From contig CAWFQL010000017.1 of the NCBI GenBank assembly GCA_963817915.1, positions 288,001 to 352,000 on the forward strand: 64,000 nt of DNA, given 5' to 3'. The notes under the pieces are model-generated. The model saw only the letters and a list, made by a program, of their open reading frames with translations, made no database searches and had not been told where the DNA came from. Within the stretch, counting starts at the first letter, position 1, and every line of letters starts with the position of its first letter. The translations under genes were made by a program, and so were the position numbers. This stretch comes from an uncultured candidate division Zixibacteria bacterium. Lineage in GTDB: Bacteria; Zixibacteria; MSB-5A5; UBA10806. Shown here one piece after another: positions 20,461 through 31,024 of the stretch.

Positions 20461-21207
20461 ATGGCCAGGATAGTATCAATCATTCTCATATTGACGATAT
20501 CGCTATCAGGCAGCGGTTTCGCTCAGACTATTTCTCAGAAGGTAATGTCATCGATACAAAAGCCGAACGACGATGATGGTCTTAATGAGCCAACTTACGC
20601 CCCTGATAAAGCAAATGCCGATAAGTCTAAATATAAGGCGTTGGGCCTTTCGATTTTATTACCAGGCGCGGGACAATATTATGTTGGCAGCAAAAAGAAG
20701 ATGGTGATATTTGCCTCGGCGGAAGCCCTGATATGGTCCGGTTTTTTTGGATTCAGGATGTACGGATCATGGAAAAAGGAAGACTACAAAGCCTGGGCTG
20801 CATTTCACGCTGGCGCCGATATTAACGGCAAATCTGATCGTTTCTTCGAAAAAATGACATACTATGATAATGTTAATGAATTTAATCAGCTTGAGCTTCT
20901 TTACGAAGGTACCAACGCCCAGCCATTTCCATCCAATTCATCATATTACTGGAATTGGGATTTCAAATCTTCGAAAGATCATTATCGAAACCTGCGGAAT
21001 CTCAGCAAGACGGCATATCGTCGATCGCTATTATTTATAGGGGCGGCAATTGCCAATAGAATTCTTTCCGGAATCGATGCTTATAGAGCGGCGAATGCCT
21101 ATAATAGCGGCAAAGAATTCAGTGAAAAAGGGTGGCAGATATACAGCTCATCCGATAGCCCATTGGGGGCTGGTGGATTTGAAATTGGTCTTGCCCTCAA
21201 GTTTTAA
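20461..21207 (+). CDS. Uncharacterised exported/membrane protein (DUF5683-like), paralog 2
   Basis: Signal peptide; KSKYKALGLSILLPGAGQYY; ANRILSGIDA; ends LKF. Confidence 0.65.
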   Translation: MARIVSIILILTISLSGSGFAQTISQKVMSSIQKPNDDDGLNEPTYAPDKANADKSKYKALGLSILLPGAGQYYVGSKKKMVIFASAEALIWSGFFGFRMYGSWKKEDYKAWAAFHAGADINGKSDRFFEKMTYYDNVNEFNQLELLYEGTNAQPFPSNSSYYWNWDFKSSKDHYRNLRNLSKTAYRRSLLFIGAAIANRILSGIDAYRAANAYNSGKEFSEKGWQIYSSSDSPLGAGGFEIGLALKF

Positions 21208-22153
21208 ATTGACTGCGGCTTTTTTCTGCCTTTTATGGCTGAATTGCGCGTCGACCAGCAAAGCGCCTGCGCAATTAGAAAATACAATCTCAGGCCCTAT
21301 AATAAATCTCCGCCTCGCAAATTCCATAGGCCCCTTTATCGATGAAAATAACTCATTTACTGAGCCCGCGGGAATAACATTCAACGCTTTAGGCGAAATT
21401 TATGTCTCAGACAGGCTGAGCAATTCGATATATAAATTCTCACCTGAACTAAGGCTGTTGGCTCGGGAGGGCGGTGTTGGAATGTCTTCCGGCGGTTTCA
21501 ATAAACCATTGGGGATCGCCTGCGATGCGGCACTAAATCTCTATGTCGCCGATAATGGCAATCGGCAAATTCAGATTCTCGACCGCGATCTTCATTTTGT
21601 TAATACTATAAGTTCTTACTATAATGACAAAGGCGAGTCTATCAATTTCGATTTACCATCGGATATTTCAATAGACAGGGAAGGCAATCTCTGGATCGCC
21701 GACAACGACAAGATATTAGAAATAAACCCATTCTATAATTTGACGCTCGAAATATCAAATAGAGTGCCCGGTGGAGTATTTATTGGAAAGTCATCATCGG
21801 CTGAAGTATCCTCTCAAAATATGGTTGCTGTAGGCGACCCGGATAACGGCGATGTTCTGTTGTTATCAATATACGGCAATCTCACGAAGAGGATTGCAGC
21901 CGGTAATGCTTATGCGGTTGCCTGGGACAATTATGGAGAAATTTGGGTAGCTGACCCTGAATCCAATCGAATCTCGGCTTATGATAAAAATGGAAGGGTC
22001 TTATTTATTTTTTCTGATACTGAGCGAGGATCCAGTCCGGCTTGGATTGCATTTGATTCTAACGGCAGATTGGGGGTAGCTGATAAGGGGCTTCGCAAAA
22101 TACGTATTTACGATATTATCCGCGGTACAAAGCAGCCTGACCTCCCCAAATAG
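21191..22153 (+). CDS. NHL-repeat beta-propeller lipoprotein
   Basis: FxxPxGI..GEIYVSD, LYVADNGNRQIQ and IWVADPESNRI repeats; start inferred at TTG 21191, giving a lipobox-like WLNC. Confidence 0.8.
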   Translation: MPSSFKLTAAFFCLLWLNCASTSKAPAQLENTISGPIINLRLANSIGPFIDENNSFTEPAGITFNALGEIYVSDRLSNSIYKFSPELRLLAREGGVGMSSGGFNKPLGIACDAALNLYVADNGNRQIQILDRDLHFVNTISSYYNDKGESINFDLPSDISIDREGNLWIADNDKILEINPFYNLTLEISNRVPGGVFIGKSSSAEVSSQNMVAVGDPDNGDVLLLSIYGNLTKRIAAGNAYAVAWDNYGEIWVADPESNRISAYDKNGRVLFIFSDTERGSSPAWIAFDSNGRLGVADKGLRKIRIYDIIRGTKQPDLPK

Positions 22154-22159
22154 CTTTTA

Positions 22160-25100
22160 ATGAATAAATGGCCAGTCATATTATTTTCAATTCTACTTTC
22201 ATCTAACATCTTCGCCCAAATTCCGGATACAAGCGTCATAATCCATGGCAAGGGTTCACGAGGCCCATATCAGATCGGTTTCAAGAACCTTATAAGTGGC
22301 TCCTCGAAGATAATAAGGGATAATATCGAGCTCTCTCCCGATAGCTTTTCAGTTATATATGAGGATGGCCTGATAAATCTTTCCAGACCATTAAATATCG
22401 AAGATTCTATAATCGTATTTTTCAAATATTTGCCTCTTAATCTTGAATCGACCTACTATCTCCATCGCCCCGTCGAAGCAGGTGAAGCTCCCTCAGAAAA
22501 TTATCAATCCGAAGTTAAAACCAGCGCGAGTGCAGGTAATGATCTCTCAATCGTGGGAAGCAAAGGTTTTTCGATTGAAACCGGCGGAGGAAACGGGCTT
22601 TCACAATCGTTGAATTTGACAATCAAAGGAAATCTACTGCCGGGCTTAAAGACGTCGGCGCACATATCTGATAAATCTCAAGGCAATTCTTCCGTCACTC
22701 GAAAATTAAATGAATTGGATAGAATTTATATCGAAGCAGAGTCGGATCACTTTAAGGGAATATTCGGCGATTTTGATTATATCCATTCCGGTTCCAATTT
22801 CATGAATTTCCAACGAAAATTATCCGGGTTGAATATGAAATATTCCAAAGCGAATACCAATCTCGGCGCGGCCGCCGCATTTTTCCCTGGAGACTATTCT
22901 TCAATCGCAATCAATGGTCGCGATGGCCGTCTCGGCCCATACTATCTAACCGATATTGGAGGGCGTCAGGGGGCGCAGGTCTTGCCTGGCTCGGAACGAG
23001 TATATCTTGATGGCGTTCTTCAAAAGCGAGGTAATGAAAACGACTATGAGATTGATTATGAGGCCGGCAGCATTCAATTTGCGCCTTCAAAGGTGCTGCG
23101 GAATGAGAGCCGGATTGTCGTAGATTATGAAATTGCCCGCGAAGAATATAATCGTTCATTCTACACAATCTCCGGCGGATCGTCGCCTATCGGAAGCTTA
23201 AAAATCACTGCAGATCTGGTTCAGGAGGGTGATAATAAAAATTCGCCAAAGAGCTTTGAGATGACGTCTGATAATCTTCAGATTTTGCAAGATGCCGGGG
23301 CAGAAAGGCTGAATGCCGCAAGAAGCGGTGTGCAATTTGTAGGGACGGGATTAGGAAATTACACTCTTGCCACCGATACCCTGGGCAATCCTTTTTACAT
23401 TTATGCCGGCCCTAATCGAGGCGATTATAATGTCAGTTTTTCGTTTATAAGTACGAATGGAGGTTCATATAAATTTCTCGGCACCGGTATTTATCAATAT
23501 GGTGGCAAACTTGCGGGCGACTACGAGCCGATTATTCTTATTCCTCTTCCACAAACAAAGCGGTATGCCTCGGTTGGTTCGTCATGGTCATCGGCCGACA
23601 GCAATTTAACAATCGAAGCCGAACTTGCGGGCTCAATGTTCGATAGAAACAGCTTGTCGGATAAGGATGCCTTGAATAAGGGTGTTTCGTCATTCGTAGC
23701 GGCGAATTATCGGAAAAAGCTTTACTCCGATGATGGTTCGCTTATGGTAAACGCCAAGGCAAGAAATATTGGCGGAAGTTCGATTTTCCCCGGGAGAATA
23801 GACGATGTCGAGCGATATCGAATTTATGATATCGATCCAAATTCATCCGCGAATGGCGAGAAAGTTCAGGAAATTGGAATCGTAAATTCATTTAATCGCA
23901 CAAACAAAATCCAATATCTTATAGGTCATTTAAGCCGCCCATTGATCAGCGACAGGGTTCATCATTTGGGAGAGGCAAATTGGAATCTGTTCGATATGCT
24001 CGATCTTTATGGGCGAATAGAAAAAACTTCAGGCAGCAGGGATTGGTGGAAGCGTGGTGGCGCAATGACAGCCAACTTCGCCCGCCTTCAGCCTTCATTT
24101 CGAATAGATTATGAAAGACAAAATGGAGCCGGCGGTTTTAAATTCAATGAATTGACAGGGATAATTCCGGCCACGTATCTGCAATCAGTAACGGGCAGCA
24201 CTGAAATCGTTTACAGAATAGAGCAAGCATTAGATAATCAAATCAATATCTGGAAGCCGAAATTCAAGTCGGGCTCATTCAGCCAGCAGATAAGTTTTTT
24301 GCCGGGGAAGGCGGGATTTTCAGGCGACTTATCCGGAGTATATTACAAAAAACACTATTCCGATTTTTCCGGGAGTAATGTCGAACAAAAAACAGGCTGG
24401 GGCAGGCTATCATTCAGCGACCCTCAAAGCAGGGGGAGTTTCAGCGTCAATGAACGATTGAGCTCATCCAACGAACGACTGCAAGCGCAAAACTATATCT
24501 TATGTGGGACAGGGCAAAGGGGAATATCGCTTTGAAGACGGTGAATATATTAAGGATCAGCAAGGAGACTATGTTCTCATTATAGAAGAATTAGGCGAAG
24601 GCTCGAAAATCAGCGATATTTCTACCGAGCTTAACGCGTCGATCGCGCCATTTTTGCTGGCGGGAGCTGGACAATCCTCCCGGAGCTCGATAGGAAAATT
24701 AAATATAGAAACCGATCTTTCTTACAGGCAGAAAAAATCATCCGATATCCTTGAGTGGCGCGATTTCTATCCATGGAGAACAACCACTCTCCAAAATATT
24801 GTCTATCGAAATGGTCAGCTGAATTTTAGAATATATTATTACCCGCCTTTTGAAAGACAACGATTCAAATACTCCGGTTCAAGATCATTTGAGGCCGGAA
24901 GTCCTTTTGCCAATGAAACTACAAACGGCAATTCTCGATCGGACGAAATTTCATGGGCATTTCCGGCGAGCGCGAAGATCGATATTATTGTCAATGGATC
25001 ATTGTCATCAAGACAAAATTCTACGAATCTTTCCGTCTATTCCATTGATAGCCGGCTGGTTTCCATGTCTGCTGATTATCGTTTCGCAGATGGCTGGACT

Positions 25101-25442
25101 GTAAATTTAAAACCTTCATACGAAACGGCCAAGCAAAAGACTACCTCCGTTAAGTCGCAAATACCATCGATGGGATTGGGATTGGTTTGGAATCTAAAGA
25201 ATCGGGGACAGGTATCCACGGTCCTCGAATATTCCCAAATTACTTCATCTCCCAAGGGCTCATATATCCCATTTCAACTGGCTCAGGGCAAAAACGAAGG
25301 TAATAATTATCTGGCAACCGTCTCGGCCAGAATGGAAATCACCAAAAACGGGCGACTTGATTTCAGCTACAGATACGAGAATTTTCCCAAAAGGCCGCTT
25401 CGCCAAATTATGCGGCTGGAGTTTACGGCGTTATTCAGATGA
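22160..25442 (+). CDS. Large uncharacterised outer membrane protein (~1090 aa; frameshift near 24500)
   Basis: ORFs 22160-24535 and 24504-25442 join as ...NYIYVGQGKGEYRFEDG if one T is removed; signal peptide; many amphipathic beta-strands; ends EFTALFR. Confidence 0.7.
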
Positions 25443-27104
25443 AAAGATCTTCTCACAATTATTTCGGCTATCTATTTTCTAACGTCTATTAGTATGGCCA
25501 AATCGGGATTTGAGATTGCGGGCAATAAGCTATATTCGAAAACCGAACTTGCCAGACTGTTAAATTACTCCGTGGGGAACGATTCGATTTTAGCTCAATT
25601 AAGATCGCTTTATGGTCAAGCAGGATATTTCTCGGCTGATTTTAGGTGGCAGAGCGAAAACAATGGAATCAAAACCCTGCATTTTTCCGAAGGAAGCCCG
25701 ACATTGATCGGGAATTTGGATGTGCGATTAATACCAGAGAACAGCGAAATCAATTTTGAGGATATAATCAGGCAAGTGACTGGTGAAATTGCCTCGAAGA
25801 ACTTCTTGAATTCCTTTTCCGCGGAATGCATCTCCCGCCTCGCTGATATCGGGATGCCATTTGCTCAAGGCACCTGGAGAGATTTTTCATTCGATGAATC
25901 CGGGCGACTTTCGGCTGTATTTGAAATACTGCCCGGGCCGGTGATTTTTATATCGGGCTTCGAGTTTGATGGTATTTCGAGAACTCGCCATCCGACCTTG
26001 GAAAGAGCTGCTGATATTAAAATAGGACAGCGATATTCCGAATCTATTGTGGTTCGATCGCAGGATGAATTGGATAAAATGCCGTTTATTGAAATTTCGT
26101 CACCGTTTATTCTGCAGCAGTCATCTGCCGGTGATTCTTGTAAGATCATATATCATCTGAAAGAACTCCCATCGACGAAATTTGACTTTTCATTGGGATT
26201 TCTAAATCAAGATAGAAAGGCGCAGGTGGCTGGCAGATTATTGCTCGATTTCGGCGATATTATGGGGTCGGGCAAAAGCGCGGGGCTTTTCTGGGAGAAA
26301 AAGGATAAATTTTCGAGCCAATTAAGAATCAGATATCATGACCCATTTGTATTGGGCACCAGATTCGGCTTAAGCCTCGAAGCATTTCAAAATGATCATG
26401 ATAGCCTTTTTCTTGAAACAGGTGGATCTGCAGGTATTGGCCATAATTTCTCAGGCGGGCTCTACGCCGAGGCTCAATTAACAGTTCAAAGGACAGAACC
26501 CGAACCAGGGAGCATAGTTTCGTCGTCAAGCAGTAATAAAATAACGGCCGTATTTGGATATTCGAATTTGGATTTTAAGGATAATCCATCGGCGGGGTAT
26601 GAAGCATTGACATCACTGAGCAATAAATACCGATCGAATGGCAGGGTAGTTTTAGGCAATCCGGCTACCCATTTAACTTCGGTCGAACTTAAGGGAAACT
26701 ATTACTTGAGAATTATTGGTCGACTGGTACTCGAGTTGGGGCTAAACGGCTGGGGAATCGTGAATAATGACGGTGATATTTCAGCGGATGAGCTTCGTTA
26801 TATAGGCGGCTCCGATGATTTACGAGGATATTCATTCCAACGTTTTCCCGCGTACCGATATTTTATTACCACATTCGAATCCAGATTATTATCGGGTCGT
26901 GCCGGAAGAGCCTATATCTTTATGGATATTGCCACCATAAAATCCTCGCCGAATTCTGGCTCGAGATATAAAATATATCCCGGATATGGAATAGGAATCG
27001 CGGCCCCAACCACATTGGGACAGGTCAAGGTGGAAGTAGGTTGGGGGAAAAGCGGATTCCCGAAAGAGGCGATAGTGAATTTCGGATTGGCCGGAGGATT
27101 TTGA
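25439..27104 (+). CDS. Omp85 (BamA/TamA-like) protein with POTRA-like domains (frameshift at ~25448 in the signal peptide)
   Basis: YGQAGYFSA and I.GFEFDG.SRT POTRA patterns; GGSDDLRGY loop-6 motif; GYGIG; terminal Phe; ATG at 25439 gives MKRLLTIISAIYFLTSISMAK if one T is removed. Confidence 0.8.
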
Positions 27105-27946
27105 TGAATCGAATCTGGGGAGCTATTCTGATTTCCCGTCCGCTAAATTGCCTGATTACATTTCCTGGCAGTATGGTCGGGAGCGATAATAGCAAATAAT
27201 ATTTATTTTTCATGGAAGATTGTCTTTGCCGCAATTTCGGCATCATTGATAGCCGCGTTCGGGAATATCATTAATGATATTTGGGATATTGCTGTTGATA
27301 AGATAAATAAACCCTATAGACCATTGGTTAAGGGTTCACTGAGTGTTAGGATTGCCAAAATTCTTGCTATCATATTTGCGCTTTTGGGAGTAATACTGTC
27401 GTTAAAAATTAGCGTGACAGCGACAATTCTTGCTTCCGCCGTGACAGTATCACTCCTCGTGTACACACCAATTTTCAAGAGGATTCCATTTTTGGGCAAT
27501 ATATTGATAGCATTCATCTCGTCATTGGCGTTTGTATATGGCGGAATAGCTGTGGGCAAGCCCTTCGGTGCAATTATTATTGCAACTTTCTCATTTCTAC
27601 ATCATTTTGGACGCGAAATCGTAAAGGATATTCAAGATAGGGCGGCCGATGATGCAGTAGGTATTAGAACCGGGGCAACCGGATCTAATATCGTAATTGC
27701 CAGAAGCTGGCGCAGATCGTTTTCGCGGTTTTAATTATCGCTACATTTATACCTTATGCCACGAGTATCTATAATTTTGGATATCTGATTTTAGTGCTTA
27801 TAGGTGTAGATTCAATTTTGGTATTTGCTATTTATATTATTTCCTCGACTGCCGATGAAGTTGCTATGCGAAATTTATCCGGATGGCTCAAGGCGGCCAT
27901 GCCTTTCGGGATATTGGCTGTGTATATCGGCAGCCGCGGATATTAA
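27104..27946 (+). CDS. UbiA-family prenyltransferase, DGGGP-synthase-like (two frameshifts, ~27163 and ~27704)
   Basis: ISRPLNC, GNIINDIWDIAVDKINKPYRPL and REIVKDIQD motifs; the N- and C-terminal TM segments lie in adjacent frames, from ATG 27104 to TAA 27944-27946. Confidence 0.78.
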
Positions 27947-28006
27947 AAATACCGGATTTGTTCGGCATTTCCGTCACGAATGATATTTCGATAATACCAC
28001 GAGCCC

Positions 28007-28035
28007 TTGACATACAGTTTCGATCGATATATTTT
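28007..28035 (+). promoter_or_regulatory. Putative sigma70-type promoter of the moxR-bat operon
   Basis: TTGACA (28007-28012), N17, TATTTT (28030-28035). Confidence 0.55.
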
Positions 28036-28133
28036 GTAAAATTCGCCAAATTTGTGTTCGATTGAAGGCGGAGTTGGGGGGAACAAAGGTTGTCTTTTGA
28101 GTGTATAATCGACCTGAAATAGGAGGCTTAATA

Positions 28134-29120
28134 ATGGATCAACAGATTACCGAAATTCAGGAATTTATCAAGCAAAAATCATTATTTATTAACCGTCTGA
28201 CTACAGAAATATCCCAGGTCATTGTAGGTCAAAAATACTTAATCGATAGGTTAATAATTGGCCTTTTAGCAGACGGTCATATCTTGATCGAGGGCGTGCC
28301 CGGGCTGGCAAAAACATTATCAGTCAAGACCCTGTCCGATGCCATCCAAACCGGATTTCAGAGGATTCAATTTACACCTGACCTGCTCCCCGGCGATCTT
28401 GTAGGTACGCTCATATATTCCGCCAAAGATGGGAAGTTTTCGGTGCGCAAAGGACCGATATTCTCAAATTTAATATTGGCTGATGAAATCAACCGGGCAC
28501 CCGCAAAAGTGCAATCGGCGTTGCTCGAATCGATGCAAGAACGTCAGGTGACAATCGGCGACGAGACATTCAAACTACCCGAACTCTTTTTGGTGTTGGC
28601 GACTCAAAACCCGATAGAGCAGGAAGGTACTTATCCGCTTCCGGAAGCCCAGGTCGACCGGTTTATGCTAAAACTGAAAGTGACCTACCCGACTCCGGAC
28701 GAGGAGTTTTTGATTCAGGAAAGAATGACATCCGGCAGCAAATTTACCGTGAATAAAATAACTTCGCCGGGCGAAATTCTCGAGGCACGCAAGGCCATGC
28801 TGCAGATATATATCGACGACAAGGTCAAAAAATATATAGTCGATATTGTATGCGCAAGCCGCGAACCCAAAAAGTACGGGCTCGATTTCGAGGATTTAAT
28901 CAGCTACGGCGCATCGCCGCGAGCGACGATATATCTGAATTTGGCCGCCAAAGCTCACGCATTTATGCGAGGCCGCGCTTATGTTACTCCGGACGATGTT
29001 AAGATTATAGGCCATGATGTGCTCCGTCATCGAATAATTCTATCCTACGAGGCCGAAGCTGAGGAACTAACCTCGGATGACATTATCACTAAGATTTTCA
29101 ATGGGGTAGAGGTACCGTAG
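28134..29120 (+). CDS. moxR: MoxR family AAA+ ATPase
   Basis: EGVPGLAKT Walker A, RIQFTPDLLP, LADEINRAPAKVQSALLE, ATQNPIEQEGTYPLPEAQVDRF; AGGAGG RBS. Confidence 0.95.
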   Translation: MDQQITEIQEFIKQKSLFINRLTTEISQVIVGQKYLIDRLIIGLLADGHILIEGVPGLAKTLSVKTLSDAIQTGFQRIQFTPDLLPGDLVGTLIYSAKDGKFSVRKGPIFSNLILADEINRAPAKVQSALLESMQERQVTIGDETFKLPELFLVLATQNPIEQEGTYPLPEAQVDRFMLKLKVTYPTPDEEFLIQERMTSGSKFTVNKITSPGEILEARKAMLQIYIDDKVKKYIVDIVCASREPKKYGLDFEDLISYGASPRATIYLNLAAKAHAFMRGRAYVTPDDVKIIGHDVLRHRIILSYEAEAEELTSDDIITKIFNGVEVP

Positions 29121-29121
29121 A

Positions 29122-30003
29122 ATGCTCCCGCGGGAGATCCTTAAAAAAGTAAAAAAGATTGAGATTAGAACTTCGAGAATGGTCAACGAAGTATTCTCCG
29201 GGGAATATCATTCCATTTTCAAGGGTATCGGAATGGAATTTTCCGAGGTCCGCGAATACCAGCCGGGCGATGACATCCGTAATATCGATTGGAACGTTAC
29301 CGCTCGTTACGGGCATCCATACTTGAAAATATACCGCGAAGAGCGCGAGCTTACAGTCATGTTGGTTGTCGATCTTTCCGCGTCGCAGCGATTCGGCACC
29401 GGCGAGAGATTTAAAACAGAAGCCGCGGCCGAAATTACGGCCGTACTTTCGCTAGCCGCAATCAAGAATAATGATAAGGTAGGCCTTTTGGCATTTACCG
29501 ATCAGATTGAAATCTATATTCCTCCCAAAAAAGGCAAGAACCACGTCCTCCGGCTAATCCGTGAAATTCTCTATTTTAAGCCAAAGGGGAGGGGCACGAA
29601 TACCGCCGCCGCGCTGGAATACCTTCTTGGAGTCGCGAAGAAAAAAAGCGTTATCTTTTTGATTTCAGATTTTCTCGATACCAAATTTGAAAAGCCGCTG
29701 GGAATTATCGCCAAAAAACATGATTTGATCGCTTTGAAGATAAATGATCGTTTGGAGATGTCGTTCCCTAAAGCCGGACTTGTCAGGTTTTATGATCTTG
29801 AAAGTGGCGCGGAGGAATTGATTGATACATCAAGCAAAGGCTTTAAAGAGCAGTTTACTGCCAGGGTACTGGCACGAAACCAGCAATTTGAACGAATGAT
29901 GCTAAAAATGGGAATTGATAGAATTCACATTCCGGCAGGCGGTGATTATTCCAAACCATTGATTAGATTTTTTGAAATGAGAGCTAAAAGGATCAGACAT
30001 TAA
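29122..30003 (+). CDS. DUF58 domain protein (MoxR partner)
   Basis: GMEFSEVREYQPGDDIRNIDWNVTAR, EERE, VDLSAS, LISDF. Confidence 0.92.
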   Translation: MLPREILKKVKKIEIRTSRMVNEVFSGEYHSIFKGIGMEFSEVREYQPGDDIRNIDWNVTARYGHPYLKIYREERELTVMLVVDLSASQRFGTGERFKTEAAAEITAVLSLAAIKNNDKVGLLAFTDQIEIYIPPKKGKNHVLRLIREILYFKPKGRGTNTAAALEYLLGVAKKKSVIFLISDFLDTKFEKPLGIIAKKHDLIALKINDRLEMSFPKAGLVRFYDLESGAEELIDTSSKGFKEQFTARVLARNQQFERMMLKMGIDRIHIPAGGDYSKPLIRFFEMRAKRIRH

Positions 30004-30007
30004 TATC

Positions 30008-31024
30008 ATGATTAAATTGCATCTCAGATGGCTTATTATAAATCCGTTAAAAATATTCTTTAGAATATTCGAGATAAGCTTATTGACATTAGCACTGGTC
30101 ATTGGAATGTATCTGATGGCTCAGACGCAGGATGTCAGTATTAAGGCTTCGATCAAACCGGATAGCCTAACTGTCGGAGACAGGTTTTTGTATGTTAATA
30201 GAATCAGCAATATCGGGTCGAAATCGATAGTTCCAACGACTACAGGCGAGAGCCTTGGCGATGTGACCATTTTATCGAAAATATTTACACTCGATAAGCA
30301 GCCTGCAGGCACAATCGCTTATGCCTGCACCGCGGCGGTCTATAAACCCGGCCAAATTAATATACCGTCATTCAGTTTTGCTGTATCCGATTCTTCTGGA
30401 AAAATTCAGCAGATTCAAGGTGACTCACTCGCAGTTATGATACACAGTATCCTGCCCGCGGATACCGCAGGACTTGATATAGCCGATATCAGGGGGCCGA
30501 GAAAAATTCCAGGGCCGATATGGCCGTATATACTGGCGGTCGCGATTATTGCGCTCGGAATATTCGCCTATATCAAATTGAGAAAGTATTTTACGCGCAA
30601 AATTTCGACTCCGATAATCCCGGGGCGCCCGGCCTGGGATATCGCAATAGAGAAGTTGGATGAATTAAAAAAAGCTCGTCATCGGGATTTTGGGCGTTTC
30701 AAGGAATTTTATTTTGAATTAACCATGATATTGCGCGGTTATATAGAAGGCCGTTATGGAATCCAGGCTGTTGAAAGCACAACATATGAATTAGAAAATG
30801 ATGCCAAATTGGCCGCGATAGAAAATGAGCTTTATAAACGGCTATTTGAGCTTTTCTATCACGCCGATCCTGTTAAATTCGCCAAATCGGTGCCAACTTC
30901 CGAGGAGGCACTTGCAGATATTGAATTCGCTTATGAATTTATATCTAAAACCAAACCAATTGTAGCGACTCAATCGATACAGCCGGAAGATCAGAAAGTG
31001 AATAAGATAGATGTTCAGGTTTAA
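30008..31024 (+). CDS. Bat-operon conserved membrane protein
   Basis: Ig-like N-terminal region, DIRGP..P then TM, LRGYIE.RY...AVESTT, AD.VKFAK; standard position between DUF58 and batA. Confidence 0.78.
   Translation: MIKLHLRWLIINPLKIFFRIFEISLLTLALVIGMYLMAQTQDVSIKASIKPDSLTVGDRFLYVNRISNIGSKSIVPTTTGESLGDVTILSKIFTLDKQPAGTIAYACTAAVYKPGQINIPSFSFAVSDSSGKIQQIQGDSLAVMIHSILPADTAGLDIADIRGPRKIPGPIWPYILAVAIIALGIFAYIKLRKYFTRKISTPIIPGRPAWDIAIEKLDELKKARHRDFGRFKEFYFELTMILRGYIEGRYGIQAVESTTYELENDAKLAAIENELYKRLFELFYHADPVKFAKSVPTSEEALADIEFAYEFISKTKPIVATQSIQPEDQKVNKIDVQV

Noticed and set aside
21050..21190. N-terminal extension of the NHL ORF as given in the ORF track
   Set aside because: It overlaps the upstream gene by more than 150 bp; a start at 21191 gives a plausible lipoprotein signal
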